A stretch of 64,000 bases of DNA from Candidatus Aegiribacteria sp. (GCA_030600545.1 JAUVLV010000007.1:651-64650); one strand, 5' to 3'; positions 11,259 through 19,350 are shown, numbered from the stretch's first letter. Numbers and translations: made by a program. Notes: generated from the sequence alone by a model not told the origin.

Positions 11259-11570
11259 TTTCTCATTTCACAGCAATATGTTATAAAATCACCGGTGTCA
11301 ACCAGTTTGTTTTCACCCCTTTCCTGCCATTTGCGCACATCTTTCACAGGTGATTTACCATCTTGCATATAGCTCAATATATGGACATGCAGGCATTACA
11401 AAAATACCAGATGTTGTGCTTTTTCACTTGACACGGAAACGTAAAAAAATATACTCGACTTAAGGAAATTCGAGTTTTGGCGACCACATTAAATATGCGT
11501 GCTATTTCTGTTAATAAATGACCGCGGATTCTTTTCTGAGAACTGATTCTGCTACTTCGGGGTTAAATTC

Positions 11571-13691
11571 ATGGACTGGCTGATTCGTAAGCGTGATGGA
11601 AAAATTGTAAACTTCAGCAAGCTGAAAACTGAGAAAGCTATCGAACGCACGCTGAAAGCTTCATCGACAGAAGCTGAAGCCGGAGAGATCGCGGATCTGG
11701 TTGAAGCTGCCCTATATATGAATTACTTCAAGAGCGGCTCAATTCCAACTGTTGAGCATGTTCAGGATTTCATTGAAGAAACACTTGTTCTGCGAAAATT
11801 AACTTCTGCCGCAAGAGCATTCATTCTTTACCGGGAAAAGAAGAACGAAGCCAGGGATATGGATCATCTGCTCGGCGGAATGGAAGATATCGTACCCGAT
11901 TACCTTGGCAAAGTTGACTGGCGGGTCAAGGAAAACTCAAATATGAACTATTCCCTGCAGGGGCTTAATTTCTACCTGTCATCTTCGATAACAAGAAAAT
12001 ACTGGCTCAGCAAGATTTATACTCCCCGGATAAGGAAGTTCCAGGAAAATGGTGATTTCCATATTCACGATCTTGGAATACTTGGGCCATACTGTGTCGG
12101 CTGGGATCTCATGACACTTCTGAAGGAAGGTTTCAGGGGAGCAAGGGGGAAAACTGAATCCTCTCCCCCGGTACATCTCAGAACAGCCCTCGGACAGATT
12201 GTCAATTTCTTCTATACACTGCAGGGAGAAGCGGCAGGGGCACAGGCGTTCTCCAATTTCGACACACTGCTGGCTCCTTTCGTCAGGTATGACAACCTGG
12301 ACTATCCTCAAGTCAGGCAGGCTTTCCAGGAATTCCTTTTCAATGTGAACATCCCTACTCGGGTTGGATTCCAGGCTCCATTTACCAACATAACAATGGA
12401 TCTTAAGCCATCATCAACCTTCCGTGATCAGAAGGTGATTATCGGCGGTAAGCTCCAGGATAAAGTCTACGGAGATTTCCAGCCGGAAATGGACATGATC
12501 AACCGAGTTTTTGCTGAACTTATGATGGAGGGTGACTCAAAAGGAAGAATCTTCACTTTCCCCATTCCGACCTATAACCTTACAAAGGATTTCGAATGGG
12601 ATAACGACAATCTAAAACCATTGTGGGAAATGACCGGGAAATATGGGGTTCCTTACTTCAGCAATTTCGTAAATTCCGATATGGACCCGGAGGATGCCAG
12701 AAGCATGTGCTGCAGACTACGGCTTGATAACCGGGAGCTCCGCAGCAGGGGCGGAGGCCTTTTTGGGTCCAACCCTCTTACGGGATCCATAGGTGTTGTT
12801 ACTGTTAATCTTCCAAAAATTGGATACACATCAGCGGATGAGGACGAATTCTTTAACCGTCTTACCGCTGTAATGGAAGCCGCAAGGGAATCCCTCGAGC
12901 TTAAGCGGGATCTCATAGAAAAACTCACAGAAAAAGGACTTTACCCCTATACAAGCCACTACCTTCGCAGCATCAAAGCAAGTCAGGGACATTACTGGAG
13001 CAACCATTTCTCCACAATAGGGCTGATAGGAATGAACGAATGCTGCGTGAATTTCCTTGGTGAGAACATCGTATCCGAGGAAAGCCGCAAATGGTCATTA
13101 AAGGTACTCGATTTTATGCGGGAAAAGCTCACGGAATTTCAGGAAGAAACAGGGAATCTCTACAATCTTGAGGCTTCCCCCGCTGAGGGAGCTTCCTACA
13201 GTCTTGCAAGAAAGGATAAAAGCGAATTCCCTGACACATACTGTATGGGAATCTCCGATCCTTACTACACCAATTCAGTCCACATGCCGGTTACCGAAAA
13301 GAAGGATGTTTTCGAACTTCTTGAACATCAGGACCCCCTTCAGACCAAGTTCACCGGAGGCACGGTCGTTCATGTGTTCATAGGCGAAGCAATTACCGAC
13401 TGGAAAATGGTCAGAAAACTGGCCAAAACAATCGTTACACGGTATCATCTGCCGTATTTCAGCTTCACGCCCACCTTCTCAATATGCCCCGTTCACGGGT
13501 ATATCGCCGGAGAGCATTTCCTGTGCCCGTACCCCCATACCAGGGAAGAACTTGAGGAGTTCGGTGAAGTTGTCAACGCTGACGAGTATGACCAGCTGCC
13601 CGAAGGCAGCTACGTTGAAATTAATGACGCTGATTCAGAAAACCAGGGAAGTCTCTTCCTCAACATTGAAAAGGTTAAAACGAATGTCTGA
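11571..13691 (+). CDS. nrdD: Anaerobic ribonucleoside-triphosphate reductase, large polypeptide lacking the glycyl-radical domain
   Basis: 706 aa. N-terminal ATP-cone (LIRKRDGKIVNFS). Class III RNR core (SMCCRLRLD, SNPLTGSIGVVTVNLP). Cys/His cluster SICPVHGY...FLCPYPH. Ends in an acidic tail with no RxxGY glycyl-radical motif. Confidence 0.9.
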   Translation: MDWLIRKRDGKIVNFSKLKTEKAIERTLKASSTEAEAGEIADLVEAALYMNYFKSGSIPTVEHVQDFIEETLVLRKLTSAARAFILYREKKNEARDMDHLLGGMEDIVPDYLGKVDWRVKENSNMNYSLQGLNFYLSSSITRKYWLSKIYTPRIRKFQENGDFHIHDLGILGPYCVGWDLMTLLKEGFRGARGKTESSPPVHLRTALGQIVNFFYTLQGEAAGAQAFSNFDTLLAPFVRYDNLDYPQVRQAFQEFLFNVNIPTRVGFQAPFTNITMDLKPSSTFRDQKVIIGGKLQDKVYGDFQPEMDMINRVFAELMMEGDSKGRIFTFPIPTYNLTKDFEWDNDNLKPLWEMTGKYGVPYFSNFVNSDMDPEDARSMCCRLRLDNRELRSRGGGLFGSNPLTGSIGVVTVNLPKIGYTSADEDEFFNRLTAVMEAARESLELKRDLIEKLTEKGLYPYTSHYLRSIKASQGHYWSNHFSTIGLIGMNECCVNFLGENIVSEESRKWSLKVLDFMREKLTEFQEETGNLYNLEASPAEGASYSLARKDKSEFPDTYCMGISDPYYTNSVHMPVTEKKDVFELLEHQDPLQTKFTGGTVVHVFIGEAITDWKMVRKLAKTIVTRYHLPYFSFTPTFSICPVHGYIAGEHFLCPYPHTREELEEFGEVVNADEYDQLPEGSYVEINDADSENQGSLFLNIEKVKTNV

Positions 13692-13854
13692 AATTAAAGA
13701 AAAGAACCACATCAAAGCTATTAAAACCGAAGTCTATTCAAGGATCGTAGGATACTACAGGCCTGTTCAGAGCTGGAACAAAGGAAAAAGAGAAGAATTC
13801 TCTCAACGGGAGTACATTTCACTCAGCAATACCCGAGAAAAGACTGATAGTTGA
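13684..13854 (+). CDS. Stand-alone glycyl-radical domain of class III RNR (56 aa)
   Basis: Not listed separately in the ORF track. ATG at 13684 overlaps the nrdD stop (ATGTCTGA). The product contains TEVYSRIVGYYRPVQSWNKGKREEF, the canonical NrdD C-terminal glycyl-radical motif. Its stop overlaps the nrdG TTG start (TTGA). Confidence 0.75.
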   Translation: MSEIKEKNHIKAIKTEVYSRIVGYYRPVQSWNKGKREEFSQREYISLSNTREKTDS

Positions 13855-14546
13855 TCCGATCTCTCACGGGCACCAGCCTGATCGAATACCCAGGTAAAAT
13901 ATCATCCATTATTTTTATATCCGGCTGTAACCTGTACTGCCCATATTGCCATAATCCGGAGCTTGTCAGACCTGATTTACTCGATGGAGAGTTCATGCTC
14001 ACCCATGAGGAAGTAATAGATGAACTACTGAACAGAGAGGGCTTCATCGAAGCGGTATCCATCACCGGCGGAGAACCACTTATTTACAGTGGCATCCTTG
14101 AGCTTGTCAGAAGAATAAAATCCGAAACCAGCCTTTCCGTAAAAGTAGATACCAACGGCACTAAACCTCACATGCTCAAAGAAGTACTTCCTTATCTTGA
14201 CTACGTCGCAATGGATCTTAAAAGTTCTCCTTCAAAATATCTGAAGGCTACCGGTGAGAAAGCCGTTTTCGCGGATGTCCGGGAATCCATCGGAATTATC
14301 ATGTCACTGCCCGCATACGAATTCAGAACCACTATGGTCCCTGGAATAGTAGACCGGGATGATGTAATCGAACTCCTTCAGGAGACCGGCAGGATTAAGC
14401 GGTACGTTCTTCAGGCTTTTCATTCCAACAAGACCCTTTCAGCCGAGTTCACTAACATACCCACCTATCCCAAGGGCTATCTTGAAGATACAGCTGATAC
14501 AGTAAGAGAGATGAATCTGGCCGAAGAGGTTGTTATCAGATTTTAA
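13851..14546 (+). CDS. nrdG: Anaerobic RNR activating enzyme (radical SAM)
   Basis: 231 aa. Radical-SAM cluster motif GCNLYCPYCHNPE and ITGGEPL. Position is immediately after nrdD. TTG start. Confidence 0.85.
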   Translation: MIRSLTGTSLIEYPGKISSIIFISGCNLYCPYCHNPELVRPDLLDGEFMLTHEEVIDELLNREGFIEAVSITGGEPLIYSGILELVRRIKSETSLSVKVDTNGTKPHMLKEVLPYLDYVAMDLKSSPSKYLKATGEKAVFADVRESIGIIMSLPAYEFRTTMVPGIVDRDDVIELLQETGRIKRYVLQAFHSNKTLSAEFTNIPTYPKGYLEDTADTVREMNLAEEVVIRF

Positions 14547-14590
14547 AGATAGAAAAGAATTTATCCATTTGTCCTTTACATTTGAAATCT

Positions 14591-14610
14591 ATATTAGTAT
14601 ATACTTATAT
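14591..14610. promoter_or_regulatory. 20-bp near-perfect palindrome, candidate ArsR/SmtB operator
   Basis: ATATTAGTATATACTTATAT has 18 of 20 positions symmetric, with a perfect core AGTATATACT. It sits 17 nt upstream of the ArsR ATG at 14627. Confidence 0.4.
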
Positions 14611-14626
14611 ACTGAAATGGAGATCT

Positions 14627-15007
14627 ATGAAAACAGAAGAATTTTCTCTCAAGCAGCTGGCTGAACTTATGGGTGTACTTGGCGTTGAAAGCAGGCTCAG
14701 GATAATTGTCCTTCTTCGGGATTACGAATCCCTCTGCGTGAATGCCCTTGCCTGCCATCTCGAGATTTCCCAGAGCGCAGTTTCCCAGCACCTTAGAATC
14801 CTTCATTTCAGCGGTCTTGTTACTTCCCATCGGGACGGTTACTATACCCATTACCGGCTGAACAGAGAAAAACTTGACAGCTCGATAAAGCTGCTCGCTC
14901 AACTTTCTGTCAGCCATGAACCAGTTAATCCAAGTAAATGCAATTCGAAAGGAGAGGAACAATGTGCGAATGTGAAGGAAAATGCCAGAAACCGGAAAAT
15001 CTTATAA
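14627..15007 (+). CDS. ArsR/SmtB-family metalloregulator
   Basis: Winged-HTH region LCVNALACHLEISQSAVSQHLRILHFSGLV. Cys in the alpha3 position and two Cys in the C-terminal tail (KCNSKGEEQC). The ATG at 14627 is preferred over the TTG at 14582. Confidence 0.85.
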   Translation: MKTEEFSLKQLAELMGVLGVESRLRIIVLLRDYESLCVNALACHLEISQSAVSQHLRILHFSGLVTSHRDGYYTHYRLNREKLDSSIKLLAQLSVSHEPVNPSKCNSKGEEQCANVKENARNRKIL

Positions 15008-15099
15008 GTAAACCGAGTGAATGTTCCCCCGAACAGATACGGAAATGTCATGGTCCGGATGGTTATCATCCATGCAAATCTGACAAAAAGGAAAAATAA
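14962..15099 (+). CDS. Small cysteine/histidine-rich protein (45 aa), unlisted ORF
   Basis: GGAGAGG Shine-Dalgarno, then ATG at 14962. Product MCECEGKCQKPENLISKPSECSPEQIRKCHGPDGYHPCKSDKKEK has 6 Cys and 2 His. It overlaps the ArsR 3' end by 46 nt. Its stop overlaps the next ATG (TAATG). Confidence 0.5.
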   Translation: MCECEGKCQKPENLISKPSECSPEQIRKCHGPDGYHPCKSDKKEK

Positions 15100-15428
15100 T
15101 GAAACGGATTCTACTTATTGTGTTAAGCATCACGTTAGCAGGTACCTTAGCTATTGCGCAGGCCCAGGAAGATACCAATACTCCTGACTGCAACAACTGC
15201 GAAACAGCAGACGGAGAATGCTGCTGTAATGGTACAGTTGATGGCTGCAGCGGAGACTGTGATGATTGCGATGAATGCGACTGTGATTTTGAAAATGGAG
15301 AATGCACGGATTGCAAAGAAATCAATCCAGATTGCGAAGACTGCAGTGGAAACTGTGATGAATGTGATGAATTTACTTCAGAAGAAGATGCAGTAGTAGA
15401 GGTTCCCCACTGCGGTGGATGCCACTGA
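15099..15428 (+). CDS. Secreted Cys/Asp/Glu-rich protein (metallothionein-like composition)
   Basis: Sec signal peptide (cleavage likely after AQA). The 86-aa mature part has 18 Cys and many D/E, a repeated CSG[DN]CD[DE]CDE unit, and a C-terminal HCGGCH. Confidence 0.7.
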   Translation: MKRILLIVLSITLAGTLAIAQAQEDTNTPDCNNCETADGECCCNGTVDGCSGDCDDCDECDCDFENGECTDCKEINPDCEDCSGNCDECDEFTSEEDAVVEVPHCGGCH

Positions 15429-15447
15429 CCTTCAGTACGTTAAATTA

Positions 15448-15477
15448 TGAGCAGGCGGTAACGTCTGCTCTTTTTTT
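15448..15477. terminator. Rho-independent terminator, possibly bidirectional
   Basis: GAGCAGGCG-gtaa-CGTCTGCTC stem-loop followed by T8. It sits between convergent genes ending at 15428 (+) and 15485 (-). Confidence 0.7.
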
Positions 15478-15484
15478 TAAGCGA

Positions 15485-16090
15485 TTATGATTTCACTCTT
15501 ATAGAAATATCTTCCTTATCGTTGTACCCTTTTAGCGAGGATACAAGACCTGTAACAGCTCCCTTAATGATACTTGAAGGGAATTCACTCAGTTCGATAA
15601 GCCTGCCTCCCAGTTTCACTTCAACACTGCTCGAGGCGTAGTAACAATCCTCCTCCCTCTTCTCTCCCTGAAGAATAGCTTCTGCCAGCCTCCTGCAGTC
15701 CATTCCGCATTTTCCGCATTCTTCTGCCGTTTTCTGTGGAAGAAGGTTGAATGTTTTCCTGTATATATCTTCATAATCAATACCGGAATTTTCTCCATTG
15801 TACTGTGCGAGAAGCAGTGAACCATCTTCGATGGGCTCGCTGCCGCAGTAAATAATGGGAGCTGCCAGATAAATATGAGAACGCAGCAGAACGATATCCG
15901 GAGGCATGGATCGCATTATCTCCATTGCGAATGAAGAACCAGGGAAAGATACATTGCACTCTCCCGCTTCATTCTCTGAGATAACACATATCTTCCTGTT
16001 CCGCACAGTATCGCAGAAGTTAGTTATAAATTCGTTCACAAGATTGTCAGTACCGGTAACTTTAAGACATTTCATAGTTATACCCGCCAA
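15485..16090 (-). CDS. Fe-S cluster domain protein of unknown function (last gene of the tungstate-transporter operon)
   Basis: 201 aa. CGKCGMDCRRLAEAILQGEKREEDC resembles the RnfB-N-terminal / putative Fe-S cluster domain pattern (CxxCxxxC...C). The N-terminus is vaguely MobB-like but has no P-loop. Confidence 0.45.
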   Translation of the reverse strand: MAGITMKCLKVTGTDNLVNEFITNFCDTVRNRKICVISENEAGECNVSFPGSSFAMEIMRSMPPDIVLLRSHIYLAAPIIYCGSEPIEDGSLLLAQYNGENSGIDYEDIYRKTFNLLPQKTAEECGKCGMDCRRLAEAILQGEKREEDCYYASSSVEVKLGGRLIELSEFPSSIIKGAVTGLVSSLKGYNDKEDISIRVKS

Positions 16091-16093
16091 TTC

Positions 16094-17119
16094 TTAGAAT
16101 ACATGAACCGAGCTTGCCTTGAAAGATATATAGACTTCACTGCCAGCCGTAAGCTTCAATTCGATTACCGCATTTCTCGTTACATGTGATACTATAACAA
16201 AACTGCTGCAATCTACGGACACGCTGCAGGATGCTCCCATCTGCTCAATAGAACTTATGGTTCCGAAAAATCTGTTCCGTTCGCTCGTTACCGAAGAAGT
16301 GCAGGATATTACTACCGATTCCGGTGGAACAGCAATGAACCCTCGTCCATTTCTGGGAAAAGTGTGTCTTACGCTCAGTTCCCTTATATCCGCCAGATTA
16401 CCATCGAACTCAACCGGGAACACGTTCTTCATTCCTATGAACGATGCCATGAACGGAGTTGCGGGACTATAGAATATTTCATCTATCGTACCCTCCTGCT
16501 CAATCTTCCCGTCCCTGATTACCGCACCGTGGGTACCCATTGAAAGGGCATCCGTAAAGTCGTGCGTCGTCATCAGAAATGTTGTTCCCGTTTCATTGTG
16601 AAGCCGTTTCAGTTCGTTTCTTATCTCGCCTTTGAACATCTGGTCAAGGGAGCTGAGCGGTTCATCCAGAAGAATTACTTCGGGGCCGGTTATAAGTGCT
16701 CGGGCAAGGGCAGTTCGCTGTTTTTCGCCGCCGCTGAGTTTTCCGGGTAATCTATCCAGAAGCCGTCTCAAATCAAGAACTTCCACAAGTACATCGAAAT
16801 CGTAATCGTTTCGATTCGATGAGTAACGGACTCCGTACATGATGTTCTGCCTGACCGAAAGGTGTGGAAAAAGTGCGGTATCCTGGTAGACAATACCAAC
16901 ACTCCGTCTTCCGGGAGGGTTATCTGTAACATCGTGACCCGCTACCTCAATTGTACCTGTGTCCGGCTTAACAAGACCTGCAATCGTTTCAAGAAGGAGC
17001 GTTTTACCCGAACCGGTAGGTCCCATGAGCATGAAGAATACACCTTCCGGCACATCAAGGTGCAGCGGTCCAAGCTGGAATTCTTTGAAACTTACACTGA
17101 GATCCTTCAGCCTGATCAA
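16094..17119 (-). CDS. wtpC: Tungstate/molybdate ABC transporter ATP-binding protein with C-terminal TOBE/Mop-like domain
   Basis: Walker A GPTGSGKT, signature LSGGEKQR, Walker B ILLDEP, plus about 110 aa of C-terminal beta-rich extension. Confidence 0.85.
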   Translation of the reverse strand: MIRLKDLSVSFKEFQLGPLHLDVPEGVFFMLMGPTGSGKTLLLETIAGLVKPDTGTIEVAGHDVTDNPPGRRSVGIVYQDTALFPHLSVRQNIMYGVRYSSNRNDYDFDVLVEVLDLRRLLDRLPGKLSGGEKQRTALARALITGPEVILLDEPLSSLDQMFKGEIRNELKRLHNETGTTFLMTTHDFTDALSMGTHGAVIRDGKIEQEGTIDEIFYSPATPFMASFIGMKNVFPVEFDGNLADIRELSVRHTFPRNGRGFIAVPPESVVISCTSSVTSERNRFFGTISSIEQMGASCSVSVDCSSFVIVSHVTRNAVIELKLTAGSEVYISFKASSVHVF

Positions 17120-17898
17120 ACCGTTTTTCGCTTCCTGGAAGTAAGAACTCTGAGAGCAATGAATATCAAAAGGCTCATTGCTATAAGTATGAACGCTACC
17201 GGTTGGGAGTACTCAAGACCGTAAGCCTGATATCTTTCGAACATCAGAACAGGGGCAATCATTGGATGATAGGCTATAACAATAACCGCGCCGAATTCGC
17301 TGAGAGCCCTGGCGGCACTCATTATTGTTCCGGCGAGCATGCTTCTTCCGGCAAGGGGAAATGTAACTCGCCTGAATGTGGAAATCTTTGAAGCACCGAG
17401 GGTCATAGAGACCTTTTCAAGCCTTTCCGGAATGGATGCGAAACCCTCCTTGGCAGCGTTTATGAAAAAAGGGATCGATACGAATACAAGAACTGTAATT
17501 ATCCCGGCTGGACTTCCCATTATTCTTATTCCCAGGTCTGCAAGTATCTTACCGAACCAGTGATTTCTGCCGGATACAGCAAGTATGGCAATACCTACAA
17601 CCGGATGCGGAATAACTATGGGAATATCAACTATGCTCTCAACAAGTTTCTTCCCCGGGAAATCCTTTCTTGCAAGGAGGTACGCAAATGGGGTTCCCAG
17701 TATAAGGCAGATAACAGCGGCCATTCCCGAAGTGTAAAGACTCAGTAGAACGGCGTCCACTATCTCCCCGTCGTGCAGGGATTCCCAGATAATACCCGGT
17801 GATGGCGCTGTCGCGATGTTTACCAGCGGAAGGGCCAGAAAAGCAAGCACCACCACCGCAAAAGCAATGCAGATCCAGATGAATGGACCTGATTTCAT
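17116..17898 (-). CDS. wtpB: Tungstate/molybdate ABC transporter permease
   Basis: 260 aa with six hydrophobic segments and the CysTW/ModB-type EAA loop region (MTLGASKISTFRRVTFPLA). 4-nt overlap with the ATPase gene. Confidence 0.85.
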   Translation of the reverse strand: MKSGPFIWICIAFAVVVLAFLALPLVNIATAPSPGIIWESLHDGEIVDAVLLSLYTSGMAAVICLILGTPFAYLLARKDFPGKKLVESIVDIPIVIPHPVVGIAILAVSGRNHWFGKILADLGIRIMGSPAGIITVLVFVSIPFFINAAKEGFASIPERLEKVSMTLGASKISTFRRVTFPLAGRSMLAGTIMSAARALSEFGAVIVIAYHPMIAPVLMFERYQAYGLEYSQPVAFILIAMSLLIFIALRVLTSRKRKTV

Positions 17899-17901
17899 CG
17901 C

Positions 17902-18852
17902 TTACTCGACCAGGTCAGCAAGGCATTCCGGTATTGATGCCGCATCAGTCTCGGAGGAAATTCTACAGGGAATGAAGGGAGGCTGCCCCTTCTCTGACAA
18001 TACTGCGAGACCACCATCGGGTGACAGCATGTATTCAAGGAACGCTGTGGCCGCATCCGTATTCGGTGCCCGATTCAACAGTGTTATGCCATAGGCAATT
18101 GGAGCCCCTGTAACGGTTCTAGTCTCTCCAGGGGAATTCGCGGCTATTCTGGTTGATACCGTAGCGTAAAGATCAGCAAAATCCGGGTCTCCGAGGTTGA
18201 TTTCCGGAGGAAAATCAACGTATTCAAGATCGTGCTGAACCGCTACCGAAAGATATTCAAAGGCGTAGTCCAGATGACCGCTTTGAAGGAGCGCGATCAG
18301 TTCAACCGAGCGGGGGCGGATATTTCTTTCATCACGGTTTTCAAGTAGTGAAACCGCTATTCCCGAAATATCATAATAATCCTCAGCGAGCTGCAGCACC
18401 AGCAGAGTTCTGTAACCACAGGGATCAGCATCGGGGTCGGAATGGCCCCATTCAACATCGTCGTTCTGCAGTATTTCAATCCAGTTATCCGCGGTTATCT
18501 CATCCGCGAAGCGGCTTTGCGGAGTATAGGCAAGCACCATTCTGTTCGTTGCGAAAATGGCGTTCCAGGACGCTAGGTCCGGAATCAGCATATTGTCTAT
18601 CACACGATAATCGGCTGAAGCCATTATGTCGCAGTCTTCCCTGTCCAGCTCGGTTATCTTCCTTGCGCAGGCAACGCTTCCCGCGGATTCCCGTCTTACA
18701 TCAACATCGGGATACATTTCTTCGAATTGCTGTTCAATGATCTCGAGAGGAACCGTCAGGCTTCCCGCATGAAATATCGTAACAATTCCTGAAATGTCTT
18801 CTGCAAGCAAAATTGCCGACAGTATGAGAACAAAAGCTATACTCTTTCTCAA
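17902..18852 (-). CDS. wtpA: Periplasmic tungstate/molybdate-binding protein, WtpA-like
   Basis: IFHAGSLTVP, ESAGSVACARK, ASADY, DPCGYRTLLVLQLAEDYY resemble WtpA-type oxyanion-binding proteins. TTG start at 18852 follows GGAGGT and yields a signal peptide. The ORF-track ATG at 18921 is probably too far upstream. Confidence 0.78.
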   Translation of the reverse strand: MRKSIAFVLILSAILLAEDISGIVTIFHAGSLTVPLEIIEQQFEEMYPDVDVRRESAGSVACARKITELDREDCDIMASADYRVIDNMLIPDLASWNAIFATNRMVLAYTPQSRFADEITADNWIEILQNDDVEWGHSDPDADPCGYRTLLVLQLAEDYYDISGIAVSLLENRDERNIRPRSVELIALLQSGHLDYAFEYLSVAVQHDLEYVDFPPEINLGDPDFADLYATVSTRIAANSPGETRTVTGAPIAYGITLLNRAPNTDAATAFLEYMLSPDGGLAVLSEKGQPPFIPCRISSETDAASIPECLADLVE

Positions 18853-19045
18853 TCCATTACCTCCACTGAAAGAATGAAAAATTACGGTTGGGAATATATG
18901 CGTTATGTCTATCTGACACAATGGGGCCGGATTTCACTTGAGACACTTATGCAATTAAAATCAGTCTGATAAAGCCTTGTCTTTCCCATCTTTTTCACCT
19001 CTACCTCTTGCAATCCCTCGCAATAGTGCGTACACTAAAAGTACA

Positions 19046-19350
19046 ATGGGAAGAAAAATACGACCTGACTGGAAAGGTGCCCTGCACCACGTGATGGCTC
19101 GCGGGATTGATGGCAGAGCTGTTTTCAATTCCGAGAAAGATCGCTCAGACCTCTACCAGAGGAAATCATAGGAATCCTGAACTCACAAACGCCAGAGCTT
19201 TAATAGCATGGATATGTTGGAAACGACTGGGGTTAAGTAAAACAGAATGTGCAAAACTTCTTCATATGTACAGATCAGGAACATCGAAAGCAATCTGCAG
19301 AGGCGCTCAGCTTGTAGAAGATCGTACTTTCTCCGGGGAACTTAATTTGC
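19046..19350 (+). pseudogene. Degraded IS200-like / Y1 (RayT-type) transposase gene
   Basis: The N-terminal 40 codons (RKIRPDWKGALHHVMARGIDGRAVFNSEKDR) match the Y1-transposase start and then hit a stop. A second frame carries a DnaA-C-like HTH tail (ARALIAWICWKRLGLSKTECAKLL). The central ~150+ codons of a full-length gene are absent. Confidence 0.5.

Noticed and set aside
11259-11570. Possible NrdR boxes or other operator upstream of nrdD: CATATA-N6-TATATG at 11366-11383 and CACATTAAATATGCGTG at 11485-11501.
   Set aside because: Neither matches the 16-bp NrdR palindrome (acaCwAtATaTwGtgt) at more than about half of the positions. The two sites are not spaced by the usual ~3 helical turns. 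No nrdR gene is in the window.
14962-15099. The small ORF has exactly six cysteines in forty-five residues, which recalls the SCIFF radical-SAM-modified peptide family.
   Set aside because: As I recall, SCIFF peptides have their Cys clustered in a C-terminal GGCGECQTSC-type motif and sit next to a dedicated radical SAM/SPASM maturase. Neither is the case here: the nearby NrdG belongs to the RNR locus. The numerical match is treated as coincidence.
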